A DNA stretch of 64,000 nt from an uncultured PS1 clade bacterium (GCA_902533755.1 CACANC010000002.1:10529-74528), one strand, 5' to 3'. Numbered from the stretch's first letter, positions 37,208 to 47,256 are shown. Program-made: numbers and translations. Notes: generated by a model from the sequence alone, not told the origin.

Positions 37208-39070
37208 TTATTCAGAAATTTCAAAATTCAACAAAACATTTCCAGCTAATCTACCACCATACTGATAACCAGAATTAATTAGCAAATTATTATCCACTAT
37301 AACTGGGCCATCAGATTCAATTGATCCGCCACTCGCTTCTATTCCAGCAAGTTCGGTAAAATCAACATTTGTATTAAATTCCCAGAGAAGTTCACCACTA
37401 TTTTTATCCAAAACATAAACCCAGCCATCAAAACCTCCGCCAATTACCAGGTCATTTGTTGTTGTAAGTGCTGCAGAAATACCAACATCACAGGCAGGTT
37501 TTGAATTTTCTGAACATCTATCGACTGGAGTAAACTTCCAATTAAGTTTTCCTGACATCCCGTCAAGTGAATATATTCCAGGTCTAGCAGGGCCTGGAAA
37601 TTTATTGATAAAATTTGTATCTGCAACAGCTGCAAAAATACTTTTGTTATCTGTTGCCATTCCCCAATGGACTCCACCAGCAAATCCACCTTTCCCAATT
37701 CTTTTAATCCATAGTGGCTTACCTTTGTTATCAGGATCAAGGCCATAAACATGTCCTGATTTTCTTCCAGCAAACAAAACATCTTTACCATCTATATTTG
37801 CAAGTACAACTGATGCTCCAAAATCCCAATCTGGTCCATCTTCTTCAGGACAATTTGCATCAGCCTCAACAAAACAACCCATGTTCCAGGCATCACCGCT
37901 TTCTGCTTGGTATACCCACTCAATATCTCCATTTATCTTATTTATGGCTATTATAGAGTCACTTGTATCGGCAGCAGGTGATGAATAAGATTCACCTGTT
38001 CCATAATAAATAAGATTTCTTAAGGTATCAAATGTTGGAGAATTCCAAACAGGAACTCCAGAAGGTGCTAGAATTTCTACTCCCATATTATTGAGTTCTC
38101 CAGTTGCTTTAGGTGGTAATGGTATGGAGTAAGATGTCCATAATTCACTTCCATTATTGGCGCTTAACGCCATAATTCCACCTCTAAAAGAACAACATTG
38201 ATACTCTGGATCTGCCCCATCTGCCCATTCCCTAGATGATAGTGGTACATAAACAACTCCATTATCAACCCTTACTGAACCTGTCAGAATAACTCTTGGG
38301 TGATAACGAAGAGATTTAACCCATACCTTATTTCCATTATAAGGATCAATTTTGTATAGATTCCCTTCATAGTCACCTACAAATATAAAGTTACCCTCAT
38401 CAGAAAAATTTATTGCCGGAGCAGATCTTATCTCACCATCGACTTTTGTTCTCCATTTAACACAGCCCGTTTCACGATCTAGCGCATATAAATAAAGATT
38501 TTGACCGCCAACAAAGATTGTATTACCTGAAACTGAAGGTTGTGAGCGTGCTCTAGTGGCTGAAGGATATGCAAATACCCATTTTAATTTTAAATTTTTT
38601 GCATTCTTAGAATTTAAATTTGATTTAGCATATCTAGAATTTTCTTTATCATAGCCCCATTCCATATATGAATTTTTTTGGCTTAATTTTATAGGTTTGT
38701 TATTTGATTTACAGAAATTTGGATCTGGTAAGCTTGCAGAAACTTTTCCTCCAGTAATATATTCGGAAATACCTACTTTTTCTTCTTCACTAAGACCTTC
38801 TGCTTGCGAAGACATTACTCCATTTAATGTGCTTAAAATATAATCTGCAGACATCACCTGAAAAGTTGTTAAATGAGGAGCCCTTGGGACACCACCACTA
38901 TGGCAACTCACGCAATTATTATTAAATATTTCTGCATATTTTGATTCATTTGCACTACTTAGCAATACTGATCTATCATTTTCAGAGCTTGGCGCGCCCG
39001 TTAAATTAATGCTAATAATAGCGCATATAATTAGAAGATTAATTTTTCTAAATATCATAATATTTCTCAA
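37208..39070 (-). CDS. Periplasmic quinohaemoprotein dehydrogenase: N-terminal cytochrome c plus PQQ-type beta-propeller (polyvinyl-alcohol dehydrogenase-like architecture)
   Basis: 620-aa ORF with a signal peptide and the heme-c motif CVSCHSG near residue 55. About 500 aa of repeated propeller blades follow (…LYALDRETGCVKW…, …VYGLDPDNKGKPLW…, …VYVLDKNSGELLWEF…). Confidence 0.75.
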   Translation of the reverse strand: MRNIMIFRKINLLIICAIISINLTGAPSSENDRSVLLSSANESKYAEIFNNNCVSCHSGGVPRAPHLTTFQVMSADYILSTLNGVMSSQAEGLSEEEKVGISEYITGGKVSASLPDPNFCKSNNKPIKLSQKNSYMEWGYDKENSRYAKSNLNSKNAKNLKLKWVFAYPSATRARSQPSVSGNTIFVGGQNLYLYALDRETGCVKWRTKVDGEIRSAPAINFSDEGNFIFVGDYEGNLYKIDPYNGNKVWVKSLRYHPRVILTGSVRVDNGVVYVPLSSREWADGADPEYQCCSFRGGIMALSANNGSELWTSYSIPLPPKATGELNNMGVEILAPSGVPVWNSPTFDTLRNLIYYGTGESYSSPAADTSDSIIAINKINGDIEWVYQAESGDAWNMGCFVEADANCPEEDGPDWDFGASVVLANIDGKDVLFAGRKSGHVYGLDPDNKGKPLWIKRIGKGGFAGGVHWGMATDNKSIFAAVADTNFINKFPGPARPGIYSLDGMSGKLNWKFTPVDRCSENSKPACDVGISAALTTTNDLVIGGGFDGWVYVLDKNSGELLWEFNTNVDFTELAGIEASGGSIESDGPVIVDNNLLINSGYQYGGRLAGNVLLNFEISE

Positions 39071-39079
39071 AATTTTTTA

Positions 39080-39493
39080 TTAAGCTTTTCTTAGGGCCAA
39101 CCACCAATCTTGAATTATCGCAGCATGAGTTTCCCCATACTCTTTTGCAAGATCAGATGCATCATCAGGAACTTCTTGCATTTCAGTATTCCCTAATTTA
39201 GATGCTCCCTCCACTGGATCAACCCACTCAAGATCAATGTCCTCGATAATATCACCATAATTACCAGCAGCTGCCTCATGATGGTCGCTTATTTGATGCG
39301 TTATTAAGAAATCTAAATATGTCGGATATGCTAGAAGAGTATAGTAAGACCCTTTTTCTCTGCCTCTCCAATAATCATAGTGAATTACTGAATCCTCGTT
39401 AGAATGTGTTTTTTCATAAAGTTCTCTAGAAATATTTTCAAATTTTTCTTCATGACCTTCTACAATCTTTATATGTGCAAGAAGTGTGGACAT
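39080..39493 (-). CDS. ABM-fold (antibiotic biosynthesis monooxygenase-like) protein with C-terminal extension
   Basis: 137-aa ORF. The ABM-like segment is LAHIKIVEGHEEKFENISRELYEKTHSNEDSVIHYDYWRG...YYTLLAYPTYLDFLITHQISDHH. This is a fold-level call only. Confidence 0.5.
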   Translation of the reverse strand: MSTLLAHIKIVEGHEEKFENISRELYEKTHSNEDSVIHYDYWRGREKGSYYTLLAYPTYLDFLITHQISDHHEAAAGNYGDIIEDIDLEWVDPVEGASKLGNTEMQEVPDDASDLAKEYGETHAAIIQDWWLALRKA

Positions 39494-39510
39494 TTTTATC
39501 TCCTATTTTA

Positions 39511-40023
39511 TTAATATAATTTCCTATATTTATCGTTATTTGTTCTAAGATCAACACCTGAAAAAAGACCTTGTAATGCTTCGTTTATATCTCCTGAGCT
39601 TGCAGGAAAATTTGCATCAAGTATATAAAGGCGACGACTTATTTTCCAACCTTCAGATGTTTTTGTAAATTCATCATGATATCTTCCACAATAGACATTT
39701 ACATTAGGTAGGTGTCCATTATCAACATCACCACCTACAGTTAAACCGTAACTCTCTACCTCAGCTGTATCACCATTAAGTTCTATTGCCACGGTACCAA
39801 GAAAATGCCAACTATGACCATTTCTTTCTACTTCCATTACAACAGGAATAAATCCCTTTGCGTCACCAGCATAAAAACCGTAATCGATATAACCATCTTC
39901 AACAAAGCAAGTTTTTAATAAATCTTCGTCAACCCAATCTAAGGCACGACAATATCGAGTTAAACAAGATTTTATTTCATCATGAGCTTCAAGTTTTTCT
40001 AATCTTTTTTCTAGTTCAGACAT
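39511..40023 (-). CDS. NTF2-like / SnoaL_4 domain protein
   Basis: 170-aa ORF. The N-terminus LEKLEAHDEIKSCLTRYCRALDWVDEDLLKTCFVEDGYIDYG is the typical SnoaL_4 start. Confidence 0.65.
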   Translation of the reverse strand: MSELEKRLEKLEAHDEIKSCLTRYCRALDWVDEDLLKTCFVEDGYIDYGFYAGDAKGFIPVVMEVERNGHSWHFLGTVAIELNGDTAEVESYGLTVGGDVDNGHLPNVNVYCGRYHDEFTKTSEGWKISRRLYILDANFPASSGDINEALQGLFSGVDLRTNNDKYRKLY

Positions 40024-40038
40024 TGGTTATCTCCTTTA

Positions 40039-40470
40039 TTATATAAATACATTAAAGCTAAGTCTAAAAATCATCAATGCCAATATAAGCCAACTAAACA
40101 TAAATAAACCAAATCTTACCCAGACTAGATTTAAGGTTGCCTGGAATATTGAATGAATCAAGCGGATGAGAAAATATAGCCAGGCACAGGTTAAATAAAA
40201 ACTATCTGTCATATTTAATGCCCAAATTATAAAAGATATTGCATAAAATACGGTTGGTTGTTCAAAAAGATGGTTATAATTATCAGCAACTCTCTCTACT
40301 TTACTTGGAAAAACTCCTCCTAGTTTAGAGGGATGAGATAAGTCCTCAAGGTTTACACCTTGATCCTCGAGAGTTTTAGAAGCTGGGATGCGTGTAGCAT
40401 ACATCCAAATCATCATAAAAAAAGTAAGAATAGCCATACAGATCACAGGCTCTAATATTTCATTATTCAT
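40039..40470 (-). CDS. MAPEG-family integral membrane protein (putative glutathione-transferase-like)
   Basis: 143-aa ORF with 3-4 hydrophobic helices. The central RVADNYNHLFEQPTVFY resembles the MAPEG R..N..E..P.F motif. Confidence 0.55.
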   Translation of the reverse strand: MNNEILEPVICMAILTFFMMIWMYATRIPASKTLEDQGVNLEDLSHPSKLGGVFPSKVERVADNYNHLFEQPTVFYAISFIIWALNMTDSFYLTCAWLYFLIRLIHSIFQATLNLVWVRFGLFMFSWLILALMIFRLSFNVFI

Positions 40471-40549
40471 TTTTTATCCTTTCTAATTTTGTTTTTTACC
40501 GACTCTGTAGTAAATTTTAATTTAGTCAAATTATTTGAGGGGACTAATT

Positions 40550-41017
40550 ATGACAATTAATGGCCTGCACCATGCAGCAATATCGACGCCAGATATTGAA
40601 AGGCTTATGACATGGTATACAAAAAATTTTGGTTTTGAAGAGGTAGCTAGAACAGAATGGCCTAAAGGTTCAAAAGAAATTGACGATGTTGTTGGATTAA
40701 AGGATAGCTCAGCTAAGCAGGGATTCTTAAAATGTGGAAATATTATGATAGAATTTTTTGAGTATTCTTCACCTCAATCTCAGCCAATGGATAAAAATAG
40801 ACCTGTTAATAATCATGGTCATACACATGTTTGTGTTGATGTTACCAATATTGAAGATGAATATAAGAGATTGCTTCAAAATGGTGTCGATTTTCATGCT
40901 CCTCCTAAGGACTTTGGTCAAGTTAAAGCAACATATGGAAGAGATTGTGATGGAAATGTATTTGAGATTCAAGAGATAGTTGATCCAGAGCATCCAGCAA
41001 AGGTTTTCGATGTCTAA
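40550..41017 (+). CDS. VOC-family protein (glyoxalase / extradiol dioxygenase fold)
   Basis: ~155 aa with GLHHAAISTPDIERLMTWYTKNFGFEE...HGHTHVCVDV...DCDGNVFEIQE. I set the start at ATG 40550 after GAGGGG. The track start 40535 is a TTG. Confidence 0.8.
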   Translation: MTINGLHHAAISTPDIERLMTWYTKNFGFEEVARTEWPKGSKEIDDVVGLKDSSAKQGFLKCGNIMIEFFEYSSPQSQPMDKNRPVNNHGHTHVCVDVTNIEDEYKRLLQNGVDFHAPPKDFGQVKATYGRDCDGNVFEIQEIVDPEHPAKVFDV

Positions 41018-41405
41018 AAACAAACATGAAGAAAAGTTATTTCACCTTCTACAGGATATTTATTTTGATAATATAGATACAGCGAAAGCAGATGAGGCTT
41101 CAGAAGCAATGCATAATGATGTTAGATGGGTTCATAACCAAGTATGGGAACATGATGCTCATAAGAGTAATATTAGAGATGCTTTCAACGGACGAAAAGA
41201 AGTAAGAGAATTTTTACATAAAAGAATTATCGAGATGCAGATTGAAGGCATCATTCATAAAGTTGAAAATGTTGTTTCTGATGGTAAATTAGGCGCCTTC
41301 AAAGCAAATGTTATTGGTACAGATAAATCTAAAAAACCTTTTTTTGGTTTAGTGGAGATAAAAGACGATAAAATAATTTATTATAGAGTATTGCCTTTGG
41401 AATAG
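41010..41405 (+). CDS. NTF2-like small protein
   Basis: ~131 aa counted from the ATG at 41010, which overlaps the VOC stop by 8 nt. The C-terminal pattern VVSDGKLGAFKANVIG...GLVEIKDDKIIYYRV is typical of SnoaL/NTF2 cones. Confidence 0.5.
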   Translation: MSKNKHEEKLFHLLQDIYFDNIDTAKADEASEAMHNDVRWVHNQVWEHDAHKSNIRDAFNGRKEVREFLHKRIIEMQIEGIIHKVENVVSDGKLGAFKANVIGTDKSKKPFFGLVEIKDDKIIYYRVLPLE

Positions 41406-41411
41406 AATAAA

Positions 41412-43025
41412 TTATCCAAAAACCTTTTTACCTAAATCATATTCTTTTAGTTTGAATTTTTGCACTTTCGTTGATGACATCGGCCAGTCATCAACAAAAA
41501 CAACATATCGTGGAATTTTAAAATTAGAGATTTTTCCTTTTGCAGATTCTATGAGTTCCTCAGCAGTTATATTTGCTCCCTCTTTTTTTTCAATAAAAAG
41601 AGCTGGCACCTCACCTAACCTTTCATCATCAACACCGATAACTTGGCTAATCATGACTCCTTCATAATTATTATAAAAAGACTCAATTTCTAAAGCAGCA
41701 ACATTTTCACCACCAACTTTTAACATATCCTTCAATCTTCCGTGATAACTAATAAATCCATCTTCACTCAATGAACCAAAATCCCCTGTTGATAGCCATC
41801 CATCAGAAGATATAGTTTCTTTAGTTTTAGTTGGATCATTTAAATAACCTTTAAATACTGTTGGTCCACTTATTTCAATTAGACCCTTTTCTCCTGAAGG
41901 CATTTCTTCCCCTGTTTCAGGGTGAATAATTCTAATTTTAACGCCATTAAATGGTCTTCCGCTAGTTGTAATTCTTTTTTCAAGAGGATCATCTGGTGAA
42001 CCATATGCGCAAACACCACTAGCTTCAGTTAAACCATATGCCGAAACTTGTTTTGCGTCAGGTAATGCTTCTTGAAATGATCTTAATGTATCAACTGGCG
42101 CAACATTATTAATAATTCTTAGTTTAGATAATTTTGAAGAGCTAAATTTAGGGTGATTAACAAGAGCTAGCATAACAGCAGGAAATGCAGGAAAGGCAAT
42201 TGAAACTTCAGACTCTTCAAGAACTTTTAATGATTTATCGGGATCAAAATGGACTGTAGAAATAAATTCTGATTTAGCCATTAAACATGCTGAAAAAGGA
42301 AGTATTGAAGACATATGAAACATTGGTAAAGGATCCCAAAAAACATCACTGCTAGATATATTCCATCTTTCCATCATTGCCTCTGTCGCATGCATCATAT
42401 TATTATGGCTCAAAGGACATCCTTTTGGATTTGATGTGGTGCCGGATGTATACATAATGAATGCAGTATCCTCTCCCTCACTTTTAGGTTCATCAAGATT
42501 CTCTGATGATGTATCTAAGTTTAAAAAATCATCAAAATTAAGCAATCTGTCATCTTCAGCACCCCCTATGACATAGGTATTGATAAGTGAGTCAATGTTT
42601 TGATCATTTGTATCTAAAACTGACAATATGAGATCAGAGAAATTAGTTATTTCATCTGACTCTGAAGAGATGAATAAATATTTGCATCCGCTGTCTTTTA
42701 AAACATAATCTAATTCATGTGTTTTGTATCTCGCGTTTATACATACAGGCGATAACCCTGCATACATTGCTCCATACATTAATTCTAAATATTCAATTGA
42801 ATTGAAAAGTAGTATTCCTATTTTATCCCCTTTGTTTAAACCAAGAGTTATAAATCTTTTTGCGTGAAGCAAAATATTTTCAGAGAATTCAAAATTACTT
42901 CTTTTAATATCGTCAACGATTAGACAGTTTTCTTCTTTATTATTATCATTATAGTTTGTTGCAAGTGCAGCAATATTTCTAAATTCTTTTGAAGCCACTT
43001 CATTTCCTCCCTCAACCAAAATCAT
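41412..43025 (-). CDS. AMP-dependent acyl-CoA synthetase/ligase
   Basis: 537-aa ORF with motifs IMYTSGTTSNPKG, YGLTEA, TGDFGSLSEDGFISYHGRLKDMLK and a C-terminal SSTKVQKFKL. Confidence 0.9.
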   Translation of the reverse strand: MILVEGGNEVASKEFRNIAALATNYNDNNKEENCLIVDDIKRSNFEFSENILLHAKRFITLGLNKGDKIGILLFNSIEYLELMYGAMYAGLSPVCINARYKTHELDYVLKDSGCKYLFISSESDEITNFSDLILSVLDTNDQNIDSLINTYVIGGAEDDRLLNFDDFLNLDTSSENLDEPKSEGEDTAFIMYTSGTTSNPKGCPLSHNNMMHATEAMMERWNISSSDVFWDPLPMFHMSSILPFSACLMAKSEFISTVHFDPDKSLKVLEESEVSIAFPAFPAVMLALVNHPKFSSSKLSKLRIINNVAPVDTLRSFQEALPDAKQVSAYGLTEASGVCAYGSPDDPLEKRITTSGRPFNGVKIRIIHPETGEEMPSGEKGLIEISGPTVFKGYLNDPTKTKETISSDGWLSTGDFGSLSEDGFISYHGRLKDMLKVGGENVAALEIESFYNNYEGVMISQVIGVDDERLGEVPALFIEKKEGANITAEELIESAKGKISNFKIPRYVVFVDDWPMSSTKVQKFKLKEYDLGKKVFG

Positions 43026-43078
43026 ATTGGAAATATAATGTTAATATGCAAATATTAATGAAGAAAAACAACTAATAA

Positions 43079-43381
43079 ATGAGGATAATGATGGCTTTCA
43101 CTTTTATAGCTAAGATGAAAATTTTCCCTAAAAAAAAAGATCAGTTTATAAAGGCTTGCGAAAAACTTGAAAAAGCTGTGGAAGAGAATGAAGAGGGCTG
43201 CTTGTATTACAAATTTTATAAATTAAGAGAAGAAAATACTTATGCAGTCATTGAATCATTTGAAACTGAGGAGATGGATGAAGAGCATCAGCAAACTCGA
43301 CATTTTAAAGATATAGTACCTGATCTTTTAGAATGCCTTGATGGTACTTATACACGCGAATTTTTAGATCCTTTGAGATAG
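43079..43381 (+). CDS. ABM-domain monooxygenase-like protein
   Basis: ~97-100 aa with FTFIAKMKIFPKKKDQFIKACEKLEKAVEENEEGCLYYKFYKL...YAVIESFETEEMDEEHQQTRHF. The true start is probably the ATG at 43088 or 43091, after GAGGA. Confidence 0.7.
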   Translation: MRIMMAFTFIAKMKIFPKKKDQFIKACEKLEKAVEENEEGCLYYKFYKLREENTYAVIESFETEEMDEEHQQTRHFKDIVPDLLECLDGTYTREFLDPLR

Positions 43382-43385
43382 ATTA

Positions 43386-44948
43386 ATGATTAATATAGGT
43401 TTAATAACTTCAAAACAGGCCAAAAGACAACCTAATGCATGGGCTGTCTATGATAATACATCTAAAAGAAGAATAACATTTAAAGAACTTGATGATTTAG
43501 TAAAAAAAATTGCGAATGGTCTTCTGTCACTTGGTTTAGAAAAAGGGGATAGGGTATCTATCCTTTCACAGAATTCTATTGAATATTTGGCTTTATTTTT
43601 TGCTTGTGGGCAGGCTGGTTTAGTTGCACATGCATTGAATTGGCGTTTGGCAAAAACTGAGATTGCTAAAATTATTGAAAATGGTGAACCAAAAGTTTTC
43701 ATCTGCGAGGCGCAATTTAAAGATATAAAGTCTGAGCTTCAGAAGGAAATTAATTTTGTAGATCACTGGATAGAATATGGAGCTGGAGGCGATAATACAT
43801 TTGAAAAGTTAATCGAGTCTTCTTCGAACGAAGAGGTTATGCAAGCTCAAACTGTGGGTGATGAAGATCCGTTTTTCATTCTTTATACTGGTGGAACCAC
43901 TGGAGAATCGAAAGGAGCTTTACATACACACAAATCTGCTTATTTCGGAATGCTCAACCAAACAGTTGCTGAGAGAATAGTGCCCTCTGATGTTTATATG
44001 TTGACCGGGCAGATGTTTCATATCCCAGTCTTATTAGCTATGAACTATACGGCGCATGGCTGTCCAATAGTTCTCATGAATTTTGATGCAAAATTAGCTC
44101 TAGATTTGATTCAACAAGAAAAAGTTTCAGGTTTTTTAGGCATAACAACAATGTTGAACTGGATGATGGCAGTAGAAAATTTTAATAAATATGATCTTAG
44201 TAGTCTTAGATGTGTTCAATACGGTGGAGGCCCAATGCCTTCAACAGTTATAAAAGAGGTTCTCACTAAATTACCATGTCAAATCATTCAAGGTTATGGA
44301 CAAACTGAAGGCACAACAATGACTTTCCTATCCCAAGAAGATCATATAAAGGCAGCTATTGAGGGTGTTAATGAAGAGAGATTAAAATCCTGCGGAAGAG
44401 AGGGTTTTGTTACATCGGTTAAGGTTGTTGATAAAGATGGAAACCCAGTTCCAAATGATAGTGAAACACCTGGTGAAATTATTGTTCGATCTGACGCTAA
44501 CATGGTTGGATATTTTAGGAGACCTGATTTAACAGAAAAAACTATTCGTAATGGTTGGATGTGGACAGGTGATATAGCTACTTGGGATCAAGATAATTAT
44601 ATTTTTATTAAAGATAGAGCAAAAGATATGATTATTTCTGGTGGAGAAAATATATATTCTGTCCAGGTTGAAGAAGCAATTTGTAAACATGAGGCAGTAT
44701 TAGAAACAGCTGTTTTTGGAATTCCTGATGATGAATGGGGTGAGTCAGTAAAGGCCTATGTAGTTTTAAAGCCTGATATGCATGCAAGTGAAGATGAGAT
44801 TATCAATACTGCAAAAAAACATCTTGCATCATACCAAAAACCAAAATCTGTTAAATTTATTGATGAACTACCAAAGGCTCCAACAGGAAAAATTCTAAAA
44901 AGGAATTTAAGAGATCCTTACTGGGAAGACTCTGATGAAAAAGTTTAA
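43386..44948 (+). CDS. AMP-dependent acyl-CoA ligase
   Basis: 520-aa ORF with motifs ILYTGGTTGESKG, GYGQTE, TGDIATWDQDNYIFIKDRAKDMI and PKAPTGKILKR. Confidence 0.9.
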   Translation: MINIGLITSKQAKRQPNAWAVYDNTSKRRITFKELDDLVKKIANGLLSLGLEKGDRVSILSQNSIEYLALFFACGQAGLVAHALNWRLAKTEIAKIIENGEPKVFICEAQFKDIKSELQKEINFVDHWIEYGAGGDNTFEKLIESSSNEEVMQAQTVGDEDPFFILYTGGTTGESKGALHTHKSAYFGMLNQTVAERIVPSDVYMLTGQMFHIPVLLAMNYTAHGCPIVLMNFDAKLALDLIQQEKVSGFLGITTMLNWMMAVENFNKYDLSSLRCVQYGGGPMPSTVIKEVLTKLPCQIIQGYGQTEGTTMTFLSQEDHIKAAIEGVNEERLKSCGREGFVTSVKVVDKDGNPVPNDSETPGEIIVRSDANMVGYFRRPDLTEKTIRNGWMWTGDIATWDQDNYIFIKDRAKDMIISGGENIYSVQVEEAICKHEAVLETAVFGIPDDEWGESVKAYVVLKPDMHASEDEIINTAKKHLASYQKPKSVKFIDELPKAPTGKILKRNLRDPYWEDSDEKV

Positions 44949-44966
44949 TTTATTATTAATAGATAA

Positions 44967-46214
44967 TTAGATGCCTTCAGCACTCGCAACGATTTCAGAT
45001 AAAGTTTGAAGGAATCTTGCCCCAACAGCTCCATCAATCCCTCTATGATCACAAGACATAGTTACTGAAATTTTATCATCTTCAAGTTTTCCAACAGCCA
45101 GTATTCCACATTGTGGTGGATTAATAACTGCTGTGAAAGATTTAATACCAAGCATACCGAGATTTGATATTGAAAAAGTACCTCCCTGATAATCTTCGGG
45201 CATTAGCTTATTATTATGAGCTAGATCAGATAATCTTTTTGTATCTACAGAGATTTCCTCAACGGATTTCTCGTTAGCTTTTTTTACAATCGGTGTAATT
45301 AATCCTGCATCAGTGGCTACTGCAATTGAGATATCAGCATTTTTAAATTGTAAAATTCCTTCGTCAGACCAATTAATATTTACTTCAGGATGTTTTGTTA
45401 ATGCTGAAGCAACACACTTAATTAGTAGATCATTTATTGAAACTTTTTCTTTTTTATCTTTGCCTTTATTTAGTTTTTCTCTTTTAGCAGATAGTTTTTT
45501 AGCATCGAGATCCACATTAAGATAAAAATGTGGAGCCGTATTTTTTGAAGCTGTTGTTCTCTCGGCAATAACTTTTCTCATTCCACTATGTGGTATAAGC
45601 TCTGAAGGATTGTCAGCAGATAAAACTGAACCAGTATCACCGCCTTCTTCACCTTTATAGGCCGCAAGCTTAGCTGGATCAGCTGCTTGTTCAACATCTT
45701 GTACAGATATTCTTCCTCTTCTTCCTGAAGGTGTTATTGTTGAAACATCTACATCAAGCTCAAGTGCAACTTCCCAAGCTTTGGGAGAAATATTAACATT
45801 TTCAGGAGGTGCATCAGGTAAATCACCACTTGATTTTGGTTTCTCTTGAGGAGTAGTTGGTTCAGTTGGCTCAGGTTTTTTTTCTGATACCGCACTTTCA
45901 GGTTGAAATGAAGAATCAACAGGCACAAAATCAGTAATGAATTGATCTACTTCATCGTCAGTTATTTCTTCTGATGCAAAAACAGCTAATAAAGCTCCAA
46001 CAGGATATGTTCCATCAACATCAACTAATTTTTTTCGACATAAGCCATCAAATTCAGCTTCAATTTCATTTGAAATTTTATCAGTCTCAACTACTAATAG
46101 AGGATCACCTTTGGAAAAAGAAGTACCTTCTTCAATTAACCACTCAGTAAGTTTACCTTCCTCCATTTCGATACCCCATTTAGGCATCGTAAGAGCTTCA
46201 ATCTTCTTACTCAT
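44967..46214 (-). CDS. acoC: Dihydrolipoamide acyltransferase (E2) of an acetoin-dehydrogenase-type complex
   Basis: It has a lipoyl domain with VVETDKISNEIEA, a Pro/Glu-rich linker, and a subunit-binding domain ISPKAWEVALELDVDVSTITPSGRRGRI. The catalytic motif is SCDHRGIDGA. Confidence 0.85.
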   Translation of the reverse strand: MSKKIEALTMPKWGIEMEEGKLTEWLIEEGTSFSKGDPLLVVETDKISNEIEAEFDGLCRKKLVDVDGTYPVGALLAVFASEEITDDEVDQFITDFVPVDSSFQPESAVSEKKPEPTEPTTPQEKPKSSGDLPDAPPENVNISPKAWEVALELDVDVSTITPSGRRGRISVQDVEQAADPAKLAAYKGEEGGDTGSVLSADNPSELIPHSGMRKVIAERTTASKNTAPHFYLNVDLDAKKLSAKREKLNKGKDKKEKVSINDLLIKCVASALTKHPEVNINWSDEGILQFKNADISIAVATDAGLITPIVKKANEKSVEEISVDTKRLSDLAHNNKLMPEDYQGGTFSISNLGMLGIKSFTAVINPPQCGILAVGKLEDDKISVTMSCDHRGIDGAVGARFLQTLSEIVASAEGI

Positions 46215-46224
46215 ATTTTATATC

Positions 46225-47238
46225 CTATTTAAAGTTTACAACTTCAGCGACAGCATCCCTAATTTTCGTTGGAGATGGTACAAATTCATTTTCAAGCTCT
46301 TTAGCAAATGGGACTGGAGAATGAGGACCAGTTATTTGTTTGATTGGCGCTTTTAATGATGAAAAGACTTCACCGGCTGCTAAAGCAGCAATGTCTGAAG
46401 CAAATGAGCACCTCGGAGGTGTTTCATCAACCACAACAAGTCTACCTGTTTTTTCAACACTATCTAGGATAGCATCCTCATCTAGAGGACTTGTTGTTCT
46501 TGGATCAATAATATCACAAGTAACACCATCATCAGCTAGTGCTTGAGCAGCATTTTCACAAAAAGAAACCATTCTTCCTGTTGCTACTAATGTGCAATCA
46601 TCTCCTTCAGAGACTATTCTAGCTTTACCAAATGGGACAAGATGTTCTCCATCAGGTACATCACCTGTAATGGTGTATAATGTTTTATGTTCAAAAAATA
46701 TTACTGGATCATCATCTCTAATAGCAGTTGATAAAAGACCCTTTGCATCTGCGGGCGTTGATGGCATTGCAACTTTTAAACCCGGTATAGCTGTAACTAA
46801 TGGATGTAATGATTGACTGTGCTGTGAAGCGGCATTCATTCCTGCGCCATAAGTAGTTCTTAAAACCATTGGGCAAGTAGCTTTACCACCAAACATATAT
46901 CTAAATTTTGCAGCCTGATTCATTAACTGATCTAAACAAAGACCCATAAAGTCACAAAACATAATTTCTGCAACAGGTCTCTTACCTGCAAGGGCTGCTC
47001 CTGCAGCCGTTCCCGCAATACCAGCTTCGGAAATAGGCATATCAATGCATCTATCAAGACCAAATTCTTCGTGTAAACCACCTGTTACACCAAAAACACC
47101 TCCAACAAAACCTGGTTCTGCATGAGGGCTGCCTGTTCCACCAACAACATCTTCTCCCATTACAAATACATTCTCATCTCTTCTCATTTCAAGAAAAAGC
47201 GCGTCTGTTAAGGCTTCTCTATAAGTTTTTTCTGTCAT
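46225..47238 (-). CDS. acoB: 2-oxoacid/acetoin dehydrogenase E1 beta subunit
   Basis: 337-aa ORF. The transketolase-like Pyr domain is MGEDVVGGTG...DMPISEAGIAGTAAGAA, followed by the C-terminal domain. Confidence 0.85.
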   Translation of the reverse strand: MTEKTYREALTDALFLEMRRDENVFVMGEDVVGGTGSPHAEPGFVGGVFGVTGGLHEEFGLDRCIDMPISEAGIAGTAAGAALAGKRPVAEIMFCDFMGLCLDQLMNQAAKFRYMFGGKATCPMVLRTTYGAGMNAASQHSQSLHPLVTAIPGLKVAMPSTPADAKGLLSTAIRDDDPVIFFEHKTLYTITGDVPDGEHLVPFGKARIVSEGDDCTLVATGRMVSFCENAAQALADDGVTCDIIDPRTTSPLDEDAILDSVEKTGRLVVVDETPPRCSFASDIAALAAGEVFSSLKAPIKQITGPHSPVPFAKELENEFVPSPTKIRDAVAEVVNFK

Positions 47239-47256
47239 ATCTATTCTCCTTAATCC

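Noticed and set aside
37444-37791. 115-aa same-strand alternate-frame ORF (and 37714-37956 antisense) within the PQQ dehydrogenase gene
   Set aside because: It is nested inside a continuous 620-aa propeller ORF, with no independent start signals.
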